A stretch of 64,000 bases of DNA from the human T2T-CHM13v2.0 reference genome, Homo sapiens. Where the stretch lies: NCBI RefSeq assembly GCF_009914755.1, contig NC_060926.1. One strand, given 5' to 3'. This document shows, piece after piece, positions 12,856 to 24,690 of this stretch (position 1 is the first letter of the stretch; each line of letters begins with the position of its first letter). A program made the translations under genes and the position numbers. The notes under the pieces are model-generated. The model worked only from the letters and a program-made list of their open reading frames with translations. It was not told the DNA's origin and ran no database searches.

Positions 12856-15800
12856 CATTTTAGCACCGGCTTCTCTGTACTCTACCCCTAAGCTTTCTAG
12901 CTCCTAAGTGGAGCGAAAAATGTATCAAGGCATATATCCAATTTAGTGCTACTTACCTTTTCAAAGAGCTGACCAAAATTCACGCAACAAAATGACACTG
13001 CCTTTGGTGAGATCTAAATGAAAGCTATAACTAAGCTATTCTTTCAGGCTGGGTAAGGGGAAAGTATAGCCAATATCCCCATAGTTATATATCAAAACTT
13101 TTTTTTTTAACTTTTTAAGTTCAGAGGTACAAGTGCAGTAAAGCTTTAATACTAAAGGAAATAGTTCACAAGTCAACCAGGGATACTTATGTCATACTTG
13201 GGAAACCAGGGCCCAGGAGGTCTGAGAATTGCATGTTACCTTCAGAGGAAAAATCTAACAGCAGATCTCTCGTGTGTTGAAAATTCTCAGATTGTTTTGT
13301 GTAAATTTATTGTTGTTTTGCTACTTAATTGTTAAATTTGTAATTAGTAAATTATTCGACTAGTAAATTTGTTTTCATGTGATAGTAGATAATCATCTCT
13401 CACAAAACCAATTTAACAAATTCAAAATTATGAAGAGAAACCTGCAAATCGTAGTATTCTGTAGTCTTTCTTTTTATTTTTTATTTTTTTGCCTTCATAC
13501 TTTCTATTCCAATTCCTGCATCTAGATTATACATTCTTCATTGGTGTAGAAAAAAAGGACCAGTTTGGCTCAAATTTGTGATTTTGATTTTAAGTTGGAC
13601 TGCAGCACTTTTGCTAAATTGTGGTTCATATGAGCTCGTAATGGTATAGTGGACATTTTGATTCTGATCTGTCTCCCTCCACAACTTCCCTCCCCCTCCC
13701 AAACTGATGCACGTATAATTTTATCATATAAACCCATGACTTAGCTTCAGGGGACCATGTTGGGAAGACTTAACATTTGATGAACTGTAACCGTGTACCT
13801 TATTCACTCGTTCATCTTAATAATTTATATGTGTTGTATTATTGAAATAGTCATTAAGCCCTCTTCTGTCTGCATCATATTTACTTTGCAAGTAGCGTTG
13901 TTAGATAGGCCTTCATCCTTTCTTATCTAGCCCTGCTATATCTAAACATACGAAGTCAAGTTCATGACTATGATATAGGGATTTCCTGTCTGACTCTCCG
14001 GTTTGCGTTTGGGCTTGTTCTCTTATCAACTAAGAAGTCCTGACTTCCAGTCAGCTTGGTCCCTATATAAGGGTGCCAAGCCTGGCCAGCACAAGCACAC
14101 CCAAAGGCAGTTGCCAGCTGTGCTTCATTGGCAGAGCCTTTATCACCATCCAGAGGTCACTGAGCAAAGGAAAAACATGGAAACACACCATCAGGCGGCA
14201 TGTCTTAAAGCACCCAATTGTTTTTCCAGTGGGCACCAAAGACCAGTGCTCGCATTGTTTCCTGGTTTAGGCTTTCTCAGTTTTAACTCAGATTATCATC
14301 TATTCTCAGGATCTTGTGTATCTCACTGTTAGAATGTACAGACTATCTCACCCCAGCCCACAGTGCTGACCTCACCTTGGCTGTAGGGCTCTTCCATGGA
14401 TGAATGTTCTCCCTAATTAGTCAAATACAGATCTCTAAAAACCTCAAACTCACAATTAAGGGACCTCTTTTATTAGTGGTCAAAAAAAAAGTATGCATGT
14501 GAAGTATCCTTTTTTCCTACTGTAAGAAAAATGAAAAGTGGTGATTCTACCAAAAATAGTTTTCTGATTACAAGTATTTGTGTTCCTTGTGTCAAATTGT
14601 CAAGTCACTAATGAGCAATGATAATGCTTCTCTTTTGATGTTCGAGGGCCTCATATTATGTGTGCTAATTTAATAGGATATGTAATATAGACATAATTAA
14701 TAGGATTGATGATTAATTTTGAAAAGTGAACAGCTTTGTCTAGTTTCTTATAATATCCATCATTAGGGAATTCATTGTTCTACTAGAAAGAAACTAAGTA
14801 GTAATTACCCATTCACTTTAATGGAACATCTTCTGATTCCCTAATTTTTTTTTGTACTCTGGTTTTCTAAGTAAATACATTCAAACTTAGATTTTATTTT
14901 CATAAGCTGACTATAATGAAGGGTTAAAGGATGAAGAACAAGAATCAAAAGTTGACAAGTATGACGCAGGTGGAGATAAAAGGTCTGGTGGGAATTCTGA
15001 TGGGTGAAAAGAGATTTCATATGTGGTTCCTTGTAAACAGCAAATGCCTCTGTTATGACCTACTTAGCCATGCAAGAGTGTACTCGTTTCTAAAGCATCC
15101 CATGGCCATTTCACTGATGACATGCTACATGCCTTTCTCAAACCTTGCCAGAGCAAAAATTATTTCAGTGCTTTCAGTGAAGTCTTTATTTCATGACTTC
15201 AAGGAGGATAGCAGAGAAGTAAATTAGCAGCCCTCATACCACACCACTCATATGCCTGTGGGGATACTCATATCCCCATATGAGCCCTGACCACATCAAC
15301 CTTGCTCTAATGTTCGTGTTGGTGATGCTTCTGCCCATACTGAGTGCCAGACTCTGGCAGCTTCTGGAGGGGGGACCGTGAGTCTTTCAGTGGATCCTCC
15401 CTGTGTCCAGGGGTCAGTCATTCCTGGTCAGATATTAAAAAGAAAAAGTACTACTTTGATCGTAACGTCTATCTTAGGTTAATTTCCAGGATTTTCAAGC
15501 CCACTTCATTGCTGCATCATACCTGTTGACTTTGGAAGTCAAGATGCTCAGGTATGTCCCCCAGTTAAGCCACTCTAGGTGATCAGGACTGACGTTGAAT
15601 AAATAGCTCATGTGTTGGCTAAGTCTTAAGTGTTAGTATGTAGAACATTGTTTTGAAAATTATGACTTGGCAAGTATTTGTTAGTAACTACGTGTTATTT
15701 TAGAAGATATTTCAAGGTCAGATTTTTAAAGTCATTTGTTGGCTAGAAATTCTTGAGTCAGTGTATCTTTCTCACTTCAGAAATTGTGGATGATTGTTTG

Positions 15801-16574
15801 TGTTTATTATATATAATATAAATATTTACTTATACATTATATAAAATAAATACAAGTATATATGTGGCTCATAACTTCCATGTGAACTAAGTTAAAATGT
15901 TCTGATTACATGCCTTCTAATCAGCGAGTATCATTGAAGTGTTTTTAAGTGTCATATATCTTTAAGGATCTGTGAAAATGAGTTCTATTATAGGTAGATG
16001 GTACACTAAAAATTTCTTACAGGTTGTATTAATACCTCTGTTTGATTAGAAGTTAGCTATTTTTATATTTATATATTTACTAATATTCGAAGTGGGACTT
16101 TGCCATGGAGCTGGCTTAGCTTGTGTTGTGACTGTATTTCTTCTCAACTGGCTGTGATACTGTCACTGTATAGTGATCTTCTCCATAGTGATCTTCAACT
16201 CGCAAATGATTAAATAATACTTAACCTTAATAGGGAAATGTCTATACCTTATATCAAGTCAATACATTATTCCTTTTGCTTAGATTTCTGTTTATTTAAA
16301 CATAACTCTACTAAACTGGTATCTTAGAGATATATAGCATCTCTTTGGAACATCTGTTGGTCATTGTGTATTTAATTCAGCCCAAGAATCAATTATAGTA
16401 AATATTTAATTCAGGCATCTTTAAGCTATACAACCCATGAAACTTAATGTTACGCATTTCGAAACCATAATGATATGATGGTGCCCACCTTCATTGGAAC
16501 ATTTTTCACCGCTGCTTCTCCAGTGTATTTTCTTAAAATTAAAAGCTTCTGCACATTGGAAAGAGAACTTCCCT

Positions 16575-16780
16575 TGGAGCCAGAGCATTATAATCACAGC
16601 TCTGTCACATTCTAGCTTTATGTCTCGGTGATATGATGTAACCCTAGTTCAGTTTCCTCATCTATAAGATGGCAATAATAATATTGTCCTGTGCTTCACA
16701 AAAGTGCCAAGAATATTAAATGACATAATGTACATATGCAAAAATACTTTATAAACAGTAAACACAATTTAAGTGTATAT
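16575..16780 (+). mobile_element. MIR SINE fragment
   Basis: ggagccaga...cagctctgtcac...cagtttcctcatctataagatggcaataata; approximate. Confidence 0.7.
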
Positions 16781-19700
16781 TGATTCAGTAGAATTGCTGC
16801 TCTCGTAACACAGATTGCAGCTGATCTGAGTAACATTATCAAATAGATTCTAGTGTCTCACTGTTAAATGTAGCGTCTGGCTTTCTACAAGAGAAATGCC
16901 TGGATATAACATCTCAGTGATGAGCTTTTCGAGGCCGAGAATATCTTAGATAATGCTTTGGCAGTGTACCTCATCCTGCCTGCTCCCATCTTAAAAAGCC
17001 CATGTCACTTTGGTCACTCCATCGTAACCCAGGTAGAAACAGTGTGCTTTCTGTAGCTCAGCTGTGTTGTGACAGGGCCTTGCCCACAAACCACACTGTT
17101 CTTTCATACCTCTAGACATTATCAGAAGTGAGAAAATAGGGCTCATTTATTTTGGTTTATGTTGAGAGGCTAGTCCCATTTGAAGAGTCTGAACTTACTG
17201 TGCATGATCCACTGTGATTCCTGGGAACAGAGTACGTGGCATTTATCATCAGGGCGCACCCTCATAGGGAGATGTATACCTCCTGCACATTCTTCAGTGC
17301 TGTCAGTTACTGTGGACCTACACGGAGGCCCAGGTTGTCACAGTTAGTGCTAAAAAGATTGAAACAAAAGATGAGAGGTGTGATTTGAAAGAAGGGGAAA
17401 CAGGATGATTTTCTGTGTATTGTTTAGAGAGTATAAAAATGAAAACATTCTGGTTGTCGTGCACCATGCTAACTTTGGAACTGGTCTAAAGTTATCACAA
17501 CAAAAATAAGCAGTGTTTGATTTCAGTTTGTTTGGGTCTTACCCTATGCCCTAGGAAGCAACTGATCTTGCTGCTTCCATAAGCAGCTTTCTCTTCTCAC
17601 TTCAGTATCCTTTCCAGGCCCCCGGCTGTGTAAACAGAAATTCAAGTTGTTCTGGTTAACTTGGGAAAAACCCCTAAGCTGCATAGTCTTTAGGTGTGCT
17701 CCGCTCCAGCCCCACGTTCTTAATTTAAAGAGCTCTGCTGCACGGAAGTTAGGCTGCTGCACTGCTATTTCCAGAGAGATCCAACAGTATCTGCCTTTCT
17801 CTTATTTTGGTCCAGGAGGCCAAACCTGATTTTGTACCCTCTAGTGGTCAAGGATATGGGGGAAGACCCCATCACAAGAGGGCCCACCTGATAAGAACCC
17901 TCTGGAGACTGCTGGCAGAGTCTTCTTAACAGGACTTGGACTGTGACCAGATAAAACATCTTCTATAGGTGCAGAAACTGGCCAATCTGGAAGGTCCAAT
18001 GGCTTCTACGTTAAGGTTTTCTTAACAAGATGGTATACCCCGACTTTTACATGGATTGCTTCTTTTAAGTCCTAAAAGAAGTTGTATTTCTTCCTCCTTA
18101 TTTGGGCCACCTTGATCTTTAGTTGTTTCTGCCTGCCTTTTAAAATGACATTTTTATATTTCCAAAATGATTTATGTGAATAATGTCCATGTACCTGTAG
18201 ATGCATCTTGGATTGTAGGCCCTACTATGACATGAGACCACATTTAAAGTTGAAAATAAAATGTTTCCTTCAACAACTATCCATGAAGTGCTTAATCAAC
18301 CCATAACAAATGCTTAACACAAGGAGTAAGCTCTATTACTGAGAAATTGTGTCCTCTGCATGCAGTGGTTCTCAGCCAAAAGTGACTGTGTTTACTAGTT
18401 TGGTGAGATTTCTTTTTGTAGAACTAGGACTTGGAAGCCTGAGCAATCACCTATTTCTTTCTAGTATGTTGAAGAAATCTGATAGGCTCTTTTAACCTTT
18501 ATAAATTACTTGCACTTCCTACCCTAAGAAATAAATGAAATAAAATAAAACAAAAATGGAATTCTAAGAAAAGCCTTAAACTGTGGCCAAATCTGCTTTC
18601 ACAGCAATTAAGATTGAGGCAGTATGGAGAGGTAGGAGTCAGCCGACATGACAGCATGTACCTCATTTTTTTAAAAGAAAGATGGATTAAGATCAGATTT
18701 TTTTTTATTGGAAGCTAAAAGTTATAAAGTAAAATACCCAAAGATTTAATTAAATCAGTAAGCATTTGTTGCATTTTTAACCAGAATTCTTTAATCATTT
18801 CCTGACAGAATGACTGTGTATTAGATCTCTGCCTCATTGAAATTGTCTAGGCCCCCTGCATCTGTTTTGAGCAAGACTTCAGTTGAGTTCCATCTTTTCA
18901 TTCTTTTACAGTCTGTAAAGGCCTGGTGAGTCAGCGCATTGAAAATCAGTCATCATCTTCTGTCTATGAGTTCTTAGTGGCCCGTACATTATTTTCTCAG
19001 ATCCCTGCATCATTACAATTTCCATGTGTTTAAGTCTCTTCTTTATGTTTTTTAAAAAAACAAGTGAAGCCAGTTTCTCAAACAGGAGGTGCTCACATTC
19101 TATTTATTCTCCAAGTGTGGAGTTTGTGCCCAGCATGTGACCGACAATACAGAATGAAAAGCACATGACAAGCCAGGGATTTCAGTGTCTTGTTAGAAAG
19201 TGAAATGAAAGTGGTATTTTATTCCTTTGTGGCTTAGAGAGTGCTGTAATGCATTGTTACAGGTATAAACTAACATTTTTAGAAGTACTTCCCCTATTCT
19301 TGCCCAGGTCAGCTATGTCATTGGTAATACTTGGCTGCCTTTTCTACCGCTCCCCTTTCTAAATCTCATGTTACCCATAGTATACATGGGCCCTTTGTAT
19401 GCCTGCCTAAATGACTTCACTGAAGTTTTCTGTAAATCCCTCAAACCTCAAACTTAAGAACCCAAACTGTAATATCATGTTATTAGCAGGACCAGCTGTC
19501 TGCGCGTCTTTTCCAGACACTGGGCTCATCCATTTGGATATGGACTCCCACAAAGCTGACGAGACCCTCTGGGTGCAGGAGCGTCTCCTGAGGACCAAGG
19601 CCTTGAATGCCTTGTTCACGTCTGCATCCCCAACACTTAGGATGACACTCGGGGGGCCTTGATCTCAATGTGTGGGAAGAACAAATGCCCCCGTTATAGT

Positions 19701-21349
19701 ACTGTGTTGGCTTGTTTTGCAGTGAGACTTATTCTGAGATTAAGAGCTGCATTTAGCTTCTTGGCCACCAGGATCCCAGAGTAAATTACTTTTCAGGACT
19801 CTAAATAGTACGCAGGAGATTTGAAAGAACTGATGCAATTTCTAAAGCAGCCTGACTTCCTCCCAGGAGGTTACTCCCACACCAAGCCTCTGACTTCATG
19901 ACCACCAGATTTAGAAATTGAAGTATCTATGTAAGAAGTTGCCTCCTAGGCAGAAATCAAGAAATCCAACTATAACATAGGTTAGAGTCCATTTTGGTTT
20001 TTATATCCTTCCACAGAGGAAAGAGGAGGAAGAATCTGGAGATGCGTTTTTGGTTTTTGGTTTTTTGTTTTTTTTTTTTTCCAGAGGCTCATGTATATCC
20101 TACATCATGGTCAGTTTCAGAGCAGGGCTGTGCCACCATCTCAGTGACTCCTGGAATACTAAATTGGATCTTTGTAGAGGAAGAAAATAACACAGTTCTA
20201 GATTTTCCCTAGCTGTTAATTAGTTTTATGGCATAATTAAAATAGCTCAGGAGTAAAAACAAAGTCCAGCCTTAACAGCCTGTTAAGTCTTCTTTTCTTA
20301 TCTTGAAAAGAGGTAAGATAATGAAGTTTAAACAGTTGAAGAAGTTAACCGGAAAGGAATTAACATTTCAAGGCCTTGCCGCTTCTTCCTCCTCTTGTGA
20401 TATGAACCAGAATTGAGGGAAAATAGGCAGGAGGGAACCCACACTGAATTTTCCAGACTCTACTGCTGAAAGACATTGTATATTTTTATTGTAATCATAT
20501 GTGATGCAAGATAATATTGCTCATATCTGAATCCCAAAAGAAAAGAAGATGTTTGTCTGAGCATCCCATGAGGTAAGCAGCCCCATGGAAGGACCAGCTG
20601 CATCCAGCAAAGGGCTCCAGGTCCCTGACGTAGTTGACGGTGATGGCAGAAGTAAATCTTTGTATTCTTGCAGAGACTTTGTTTCTGAAAGAGGCCAAAA
20701 GTCATTTCAAACTGAATCTGACGGATAAGATAGGGGCCATAGCTGAGAAAAATAAGTAGCGAAGCCGATCTAAACCAAGGTGTAACTGTGAAATAGTAAC
20801 CATCTTCTTTGCACGTTTCAAAATTGGCCCTGGACGCCATCGCAAGAGGAAAATTCCAAAGCTGTGCAGCAGCGGCAGTACCATTGGAAGAGTTTACAGC
20901 CTACCAGGACTACTTAGAAGGGGATCATGTTTATTTGGATATATAACCCCTGATTGGTTTGTTTTAAAAATAAACGTTATTATGTTAGTGTCATACCTCA
21001 TGGTTTCCTTGGAACATTCTCCTCTAATCCTCTTTGAGAGAGTGGGAGGGAGAGATTGTGAGGGGAGAGAGAAGTGTTAAACAGAGATGTTCCTAAGGAG
21101 GACCAGGAATCCTAAATTACCTAAATAACCCACTTGGTTATCTCCACTCCTTGATAGCACTGTGTGAGGTATGATGCAGTCAGGTAAAGGACAATTTATC
21201 TTTGAAGACAAAGATAAATTCGAGTCCCCATTTTCAAGAGTCAGTGAGAAGTAACAGCTTGTTTGTGTGGCACTGATTGATCCTTGTCCGGGCAAGTGGT
21301 CCCTCCACAGGTTATCCGGCTTGGCACACAACAGACAGAGGTGCTGGCG

Positions 21350-21575
21350 GACTGTGGAACCAGACCCGCTGTGGTTCCCCTCCTCACCCTGCCACTTCCT
21401 AGCTGTGCATCTTGGACAACTGATTGAATCTTGTGCCTCATTTTTCTGTAGAATTGAAACAATACCCTGACCCATTGGGCAATGGAGATCAAATGGCATT
21501 GATGCAGGTAACATGCTTAACACAGGGCCTGGTATGTAGTGGGCATTCAGTAAGTGGAAGTTACGATTATTATTA
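21350..21575 (+). mobile_element. MIR SINE
   Basis: ctgccacttcctagctgtg..cttggacaa..gtgcctca..tctgtag...cttaacacagggcctggtatgtagtggg. Confidence 0.8.
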
Positions 21576-21968
21576 GGTATCAAAGAACAAAACTTAATTG
21601 TCAGAATAAGCAAACCAGTTGGAATAATAAACGTAGCCTTTAGAGTTAAATGGCACAACCCTGATAGCCACACATAAACTGTTTTGGTTATTTTTCGTTG
21701 GATATTCCCAGTCTTTATTTCTACATCCCTCTTCAGGCTGAGTGCTTAAAATACATTTATATGTAGTCTCAATTAGATTATGCTGTTTCCCCCAAAAGAC
21801 TACAGTGACTATTATTTTAATTTATAGAACCTCGAATTGCATGGAATAGCTACCACATCTCCCTTTAAACCTGGTAGCTTCCAAAACTTCCTGATGGCGT
21901 TTTCGCAAATGGGTCCCTATGTGTCATTGAAGGAGACAGTGTATCTAGGAAAAGAAATGAGGATACTG

Positions 21969-22273
21969 AGCAAGGTGTTGGTGGCTCATGCCTATAATTC
22001 CAGCATTTTGGGAGACTAAGGCAGGTAGCTAGCTTGAGGCCAGGAGTTCAAGACCAGCCTGGCCAACACAATGAGACCCCATCTCCACAAAAAAAAAAAA
22101 AAAAAACCCTAAAAATTATCCAGGCATAATGGTGCATACTAGTAGTCCTAACTACTCAGGAGGTTAAAGTAGGAGGATCACTTGAGCCCAGAAGTTCAAA
22201 GAGCTATGATTGCACCACTACACTCCAGCCTGGGCAACAGAGTGAGACCCTGTCTCTTGAGAAAAAGAAAAAA
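21969..22273 (+). mobile_element. AluJ with expanded central A-tract
   Basis: ggtggctcatgcctataattccagca..., cttgaggccaggagttcaag, aggaggatcacttgagcccag (J-type), central A19. Confidence 0.9.
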
Positions 22274-22567
22274 GTTATTGGTTTTCCCATTGCCTCCAAG
22301 GCATTCAGAGTGGTTGTTCTTTCTCATAATATCATTTTATAAATATTCTTTTAGACAGTGATCTCATACAGTTACTGAAAGAGTATTTACATAAACCCTG
22401 TATGCTGTAGCTCAGCATTTGATCTTTGATATTTCTTCTGTGGTTTTGATACATCAGTTGAAATTATTCTACATAGGTCAGTATCATTCAGAAAACACCA
22501 CACATCATAGCCAGGTGCTTTAGGTCCACGCTCAGTCTAAGTTCTTCCCATCATTATTCTCGTGTGT

Positions 22568-23424
22568 GGAGAGAGGAAGGGAAGGAAAGAAGGAATGAAG
22601 GAGAGAGGGAAGGAAAGAGGGTGGGAGGGAAAGGGAAGGAAGGAGAGAGGGGGAAGGAAGGAAGGAAGGAAAGGAGGGAGGGAGGGTGAAAAGGAGAGAA
22701 GGAAGGACAGAGGGAGAAGGAAGGAAGGTGAGGGAGTGGGAAGGAGAGAGGGGAAAGGAAGGAAGGAGGGAGGGAAGGAGGGGAAAGGAGGGAAGAATGA
22801 GGGAGAGGGCAGGAAGGGGGAAGAAGGAAGGAAGGAAGGAGGGAGTGGGAAGGAAGGAGGGAGAAAAGGATGGGAAAGATAAGGAAGGAAGGAGGGTGGG
22901 GAAGGAGGGAGGGGGAAGGAGGAAAGAAAGGATGGAGGGGACAGGAAGGAGGGATGAGAAAGGAAGGAGGGAGGGGGAAGGAAAGAAGGAGAAAAGGAGG
23001 GAGGGAGGAGGAGGGAAGGAAAGAGGGAGGGAAGGGGAAGGAAGGGAGGGAGGGGGAAGGAAGGAAGGGAAAAATACAGACAGGAAGGAAGGGGACAGGA
23101 AGGGAGGGAGAGAGGGAGGGGAGGGACAGGAAGGAAAATATAGGCAGGAAGGAAGGGAAGGACAGGGAGGGAGAGAGGGATAGGGAAGGGAGGGAGAGGA
23201 AGGAAGGGAGAGAGGGAGGGACAGGAAGGAAGGGAGGAAGGAAGGGAGAGACAGGAAGAGGGAGGGAGGGACAGGAAGGAAGGAAGGAAAATACAGACAG
23301 GAAGGGAAAGGAAGGGAAGGAAGGAAGGAAATACAGGAAGGAAAAGGAAGACAGGAAGAAGGAAAAGGAAGACAGGAAGAAGGAAAAGGAAGATGGAAGG
23401 AAGGAAGGAAAGAAAAAAAAAAGA
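22568..23424 (+). repeat. ~860-bp polypurine (GGAA/GGGA/GA) low-complexity tract
   Basis: almost exclusively G/A on + with sparse C/T interruptions. Confidence 0.97.
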
Positions 23425-23689
23425 ATATAGACAGTATAGACCACTGCTTGGCCTTGAGTCAGAAGAGTTATGGACAAGATGGAATGAGGAGTTTTACCTC
23501 CTGTCTGGTTTCTTTGTACGGTAACACTGTTACTCAAATTTTATTCAGTGATATTGCATTGTATGGGCCAAGGTTCATGTAAAATATAATCAGTGATACT
23601 GCTCTATCAAACATTGCTTCTTTTCATAAAGAATTCTCAGCAAAATAGACTCTAAATTTGATGGCCAAAACTAATGTCCTCAATGCAGT

Positions 23690-23927
23690 GTCCAGGCTCA
23701 GTCTAAGTTCTTCCCATCATTATTCTCATGTGTATGGAGAGAGGAAGGAAAGAAGGAATGAAGGAGAGAGGGAAGGAGGGAGGGAGGGAGGGAGGGAAGG
23801 GGAAGGAAGGAGAGAGGGGGAAGGAAGGAGGACAGGAGGGAGGGAGGGAGGGTAAAAAGGAGGGAAGGAAGGATGGAGGGAGAAGGAAGGAAGGTGAGGG
23901 AGGGGGAAGGAGAGAGGGGAAAGGAAG
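23690..23927 (+). repeat. diverged second copy of 22524-22761 (unique leader plus purine tract)
   Basis: gtcca(c/g)gctcagtctaagttcttcccatcattattctc shared; purine motif order preserved through agagaggggaaaggaag. Confidence 0.92.
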
Positions 23928-24427
23928 TTCAGAGTACTACTTAAATTAGGCATCATTGGATGATTCTGTTCAGCCAATTTGACACGTGCATTTTGGATAC
24001 CTTAGTGAAGTCGCCTCTTTTAAGGATTCCATATTAATCAAGAACTTCTATCATGAGTTTCTTTTGAAAGCCTCCAAATGAGTTTTTAGCCTAATAACTA
24101 GTGTGCCAGAAAATTTCTGTGGAGCATCTACAAACATAGGGAAGTGCATTTTTTAATAGATACTGAAAAATTGATTTCTGATTACAACTAGAACTTTCCA
24201 TGATTACTTAATGCCCCTTGTTGAACCTTAGACAGCAGTAATGAGAAAAATGATAGAAGTTGTTGACAACATAAGAGATGATGCATTTAACACTCGATCT
24301 CAGTTTCTTCCTTGGACTTGTTTCTAACACCCTCCCAATGGATTGAGATTTGTATCTGTGGAGTAAAAATTTTACAATATTAGGCCATTATTAGTGCCAT
24401 TTATAAAGGTGCATATGCTTGAGTATT

Positions 24428-24690
24428 GTCTGCCCTCCTTATCCATAACCACAGATTGAAAATATTTTTAAAAACATACAAATTTCAAAATATAGTATAA
24501 CAACTATTTACATAGCATTTACATCGTGTTAGGTATTGCAAGTAATCTAGAGATGGCCTAAAGTATACAGGGGGATGTGAGTAGGTATATACAAATACTA
24601 CGCTGTTTTATATTAGGGACTTGGCACATGAGCGTCTTTGGATTTTGGTATCCATGGGGTCCTAGAACCAGTCTCCCAAGGGACAATTGT
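24428..24690 (-). mobile_element. MER2 (TcMar-Tigger) DNA transposon fossil
   Basis: tataacaactatttacatagcatttaca..gtaatctagagat..aaagtatac..ggattttggtatcc..ggggtcct..aacca, the reverse complement of the MER2 consensus as recalled. Confidence 0.85.

Noticed and set aside
20457-20572. Possible plus-strand 116-nt poison exon (ttttccag|ACTC...GAG|gtaagc)
   Set aside because: Good donor, but the acceptor has only a very short pyrimidine tract preceded by purine-rich sequence; not enough support.
21077-21673. 198-aa minus-strand ORF
   Set aside because: Overlaps a MIR, no recognisable domain, no supporting splice or promoter context.
22554-23537. 327-aa minus-strand ORF and overlapping G/R/K/E-rich plus-strand ORFs
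   Set aside because: Translations of the purine/pyrimidine tract, which cannot contain stop codons for compositional reasons; P/S/F/L low complexity with no domain.
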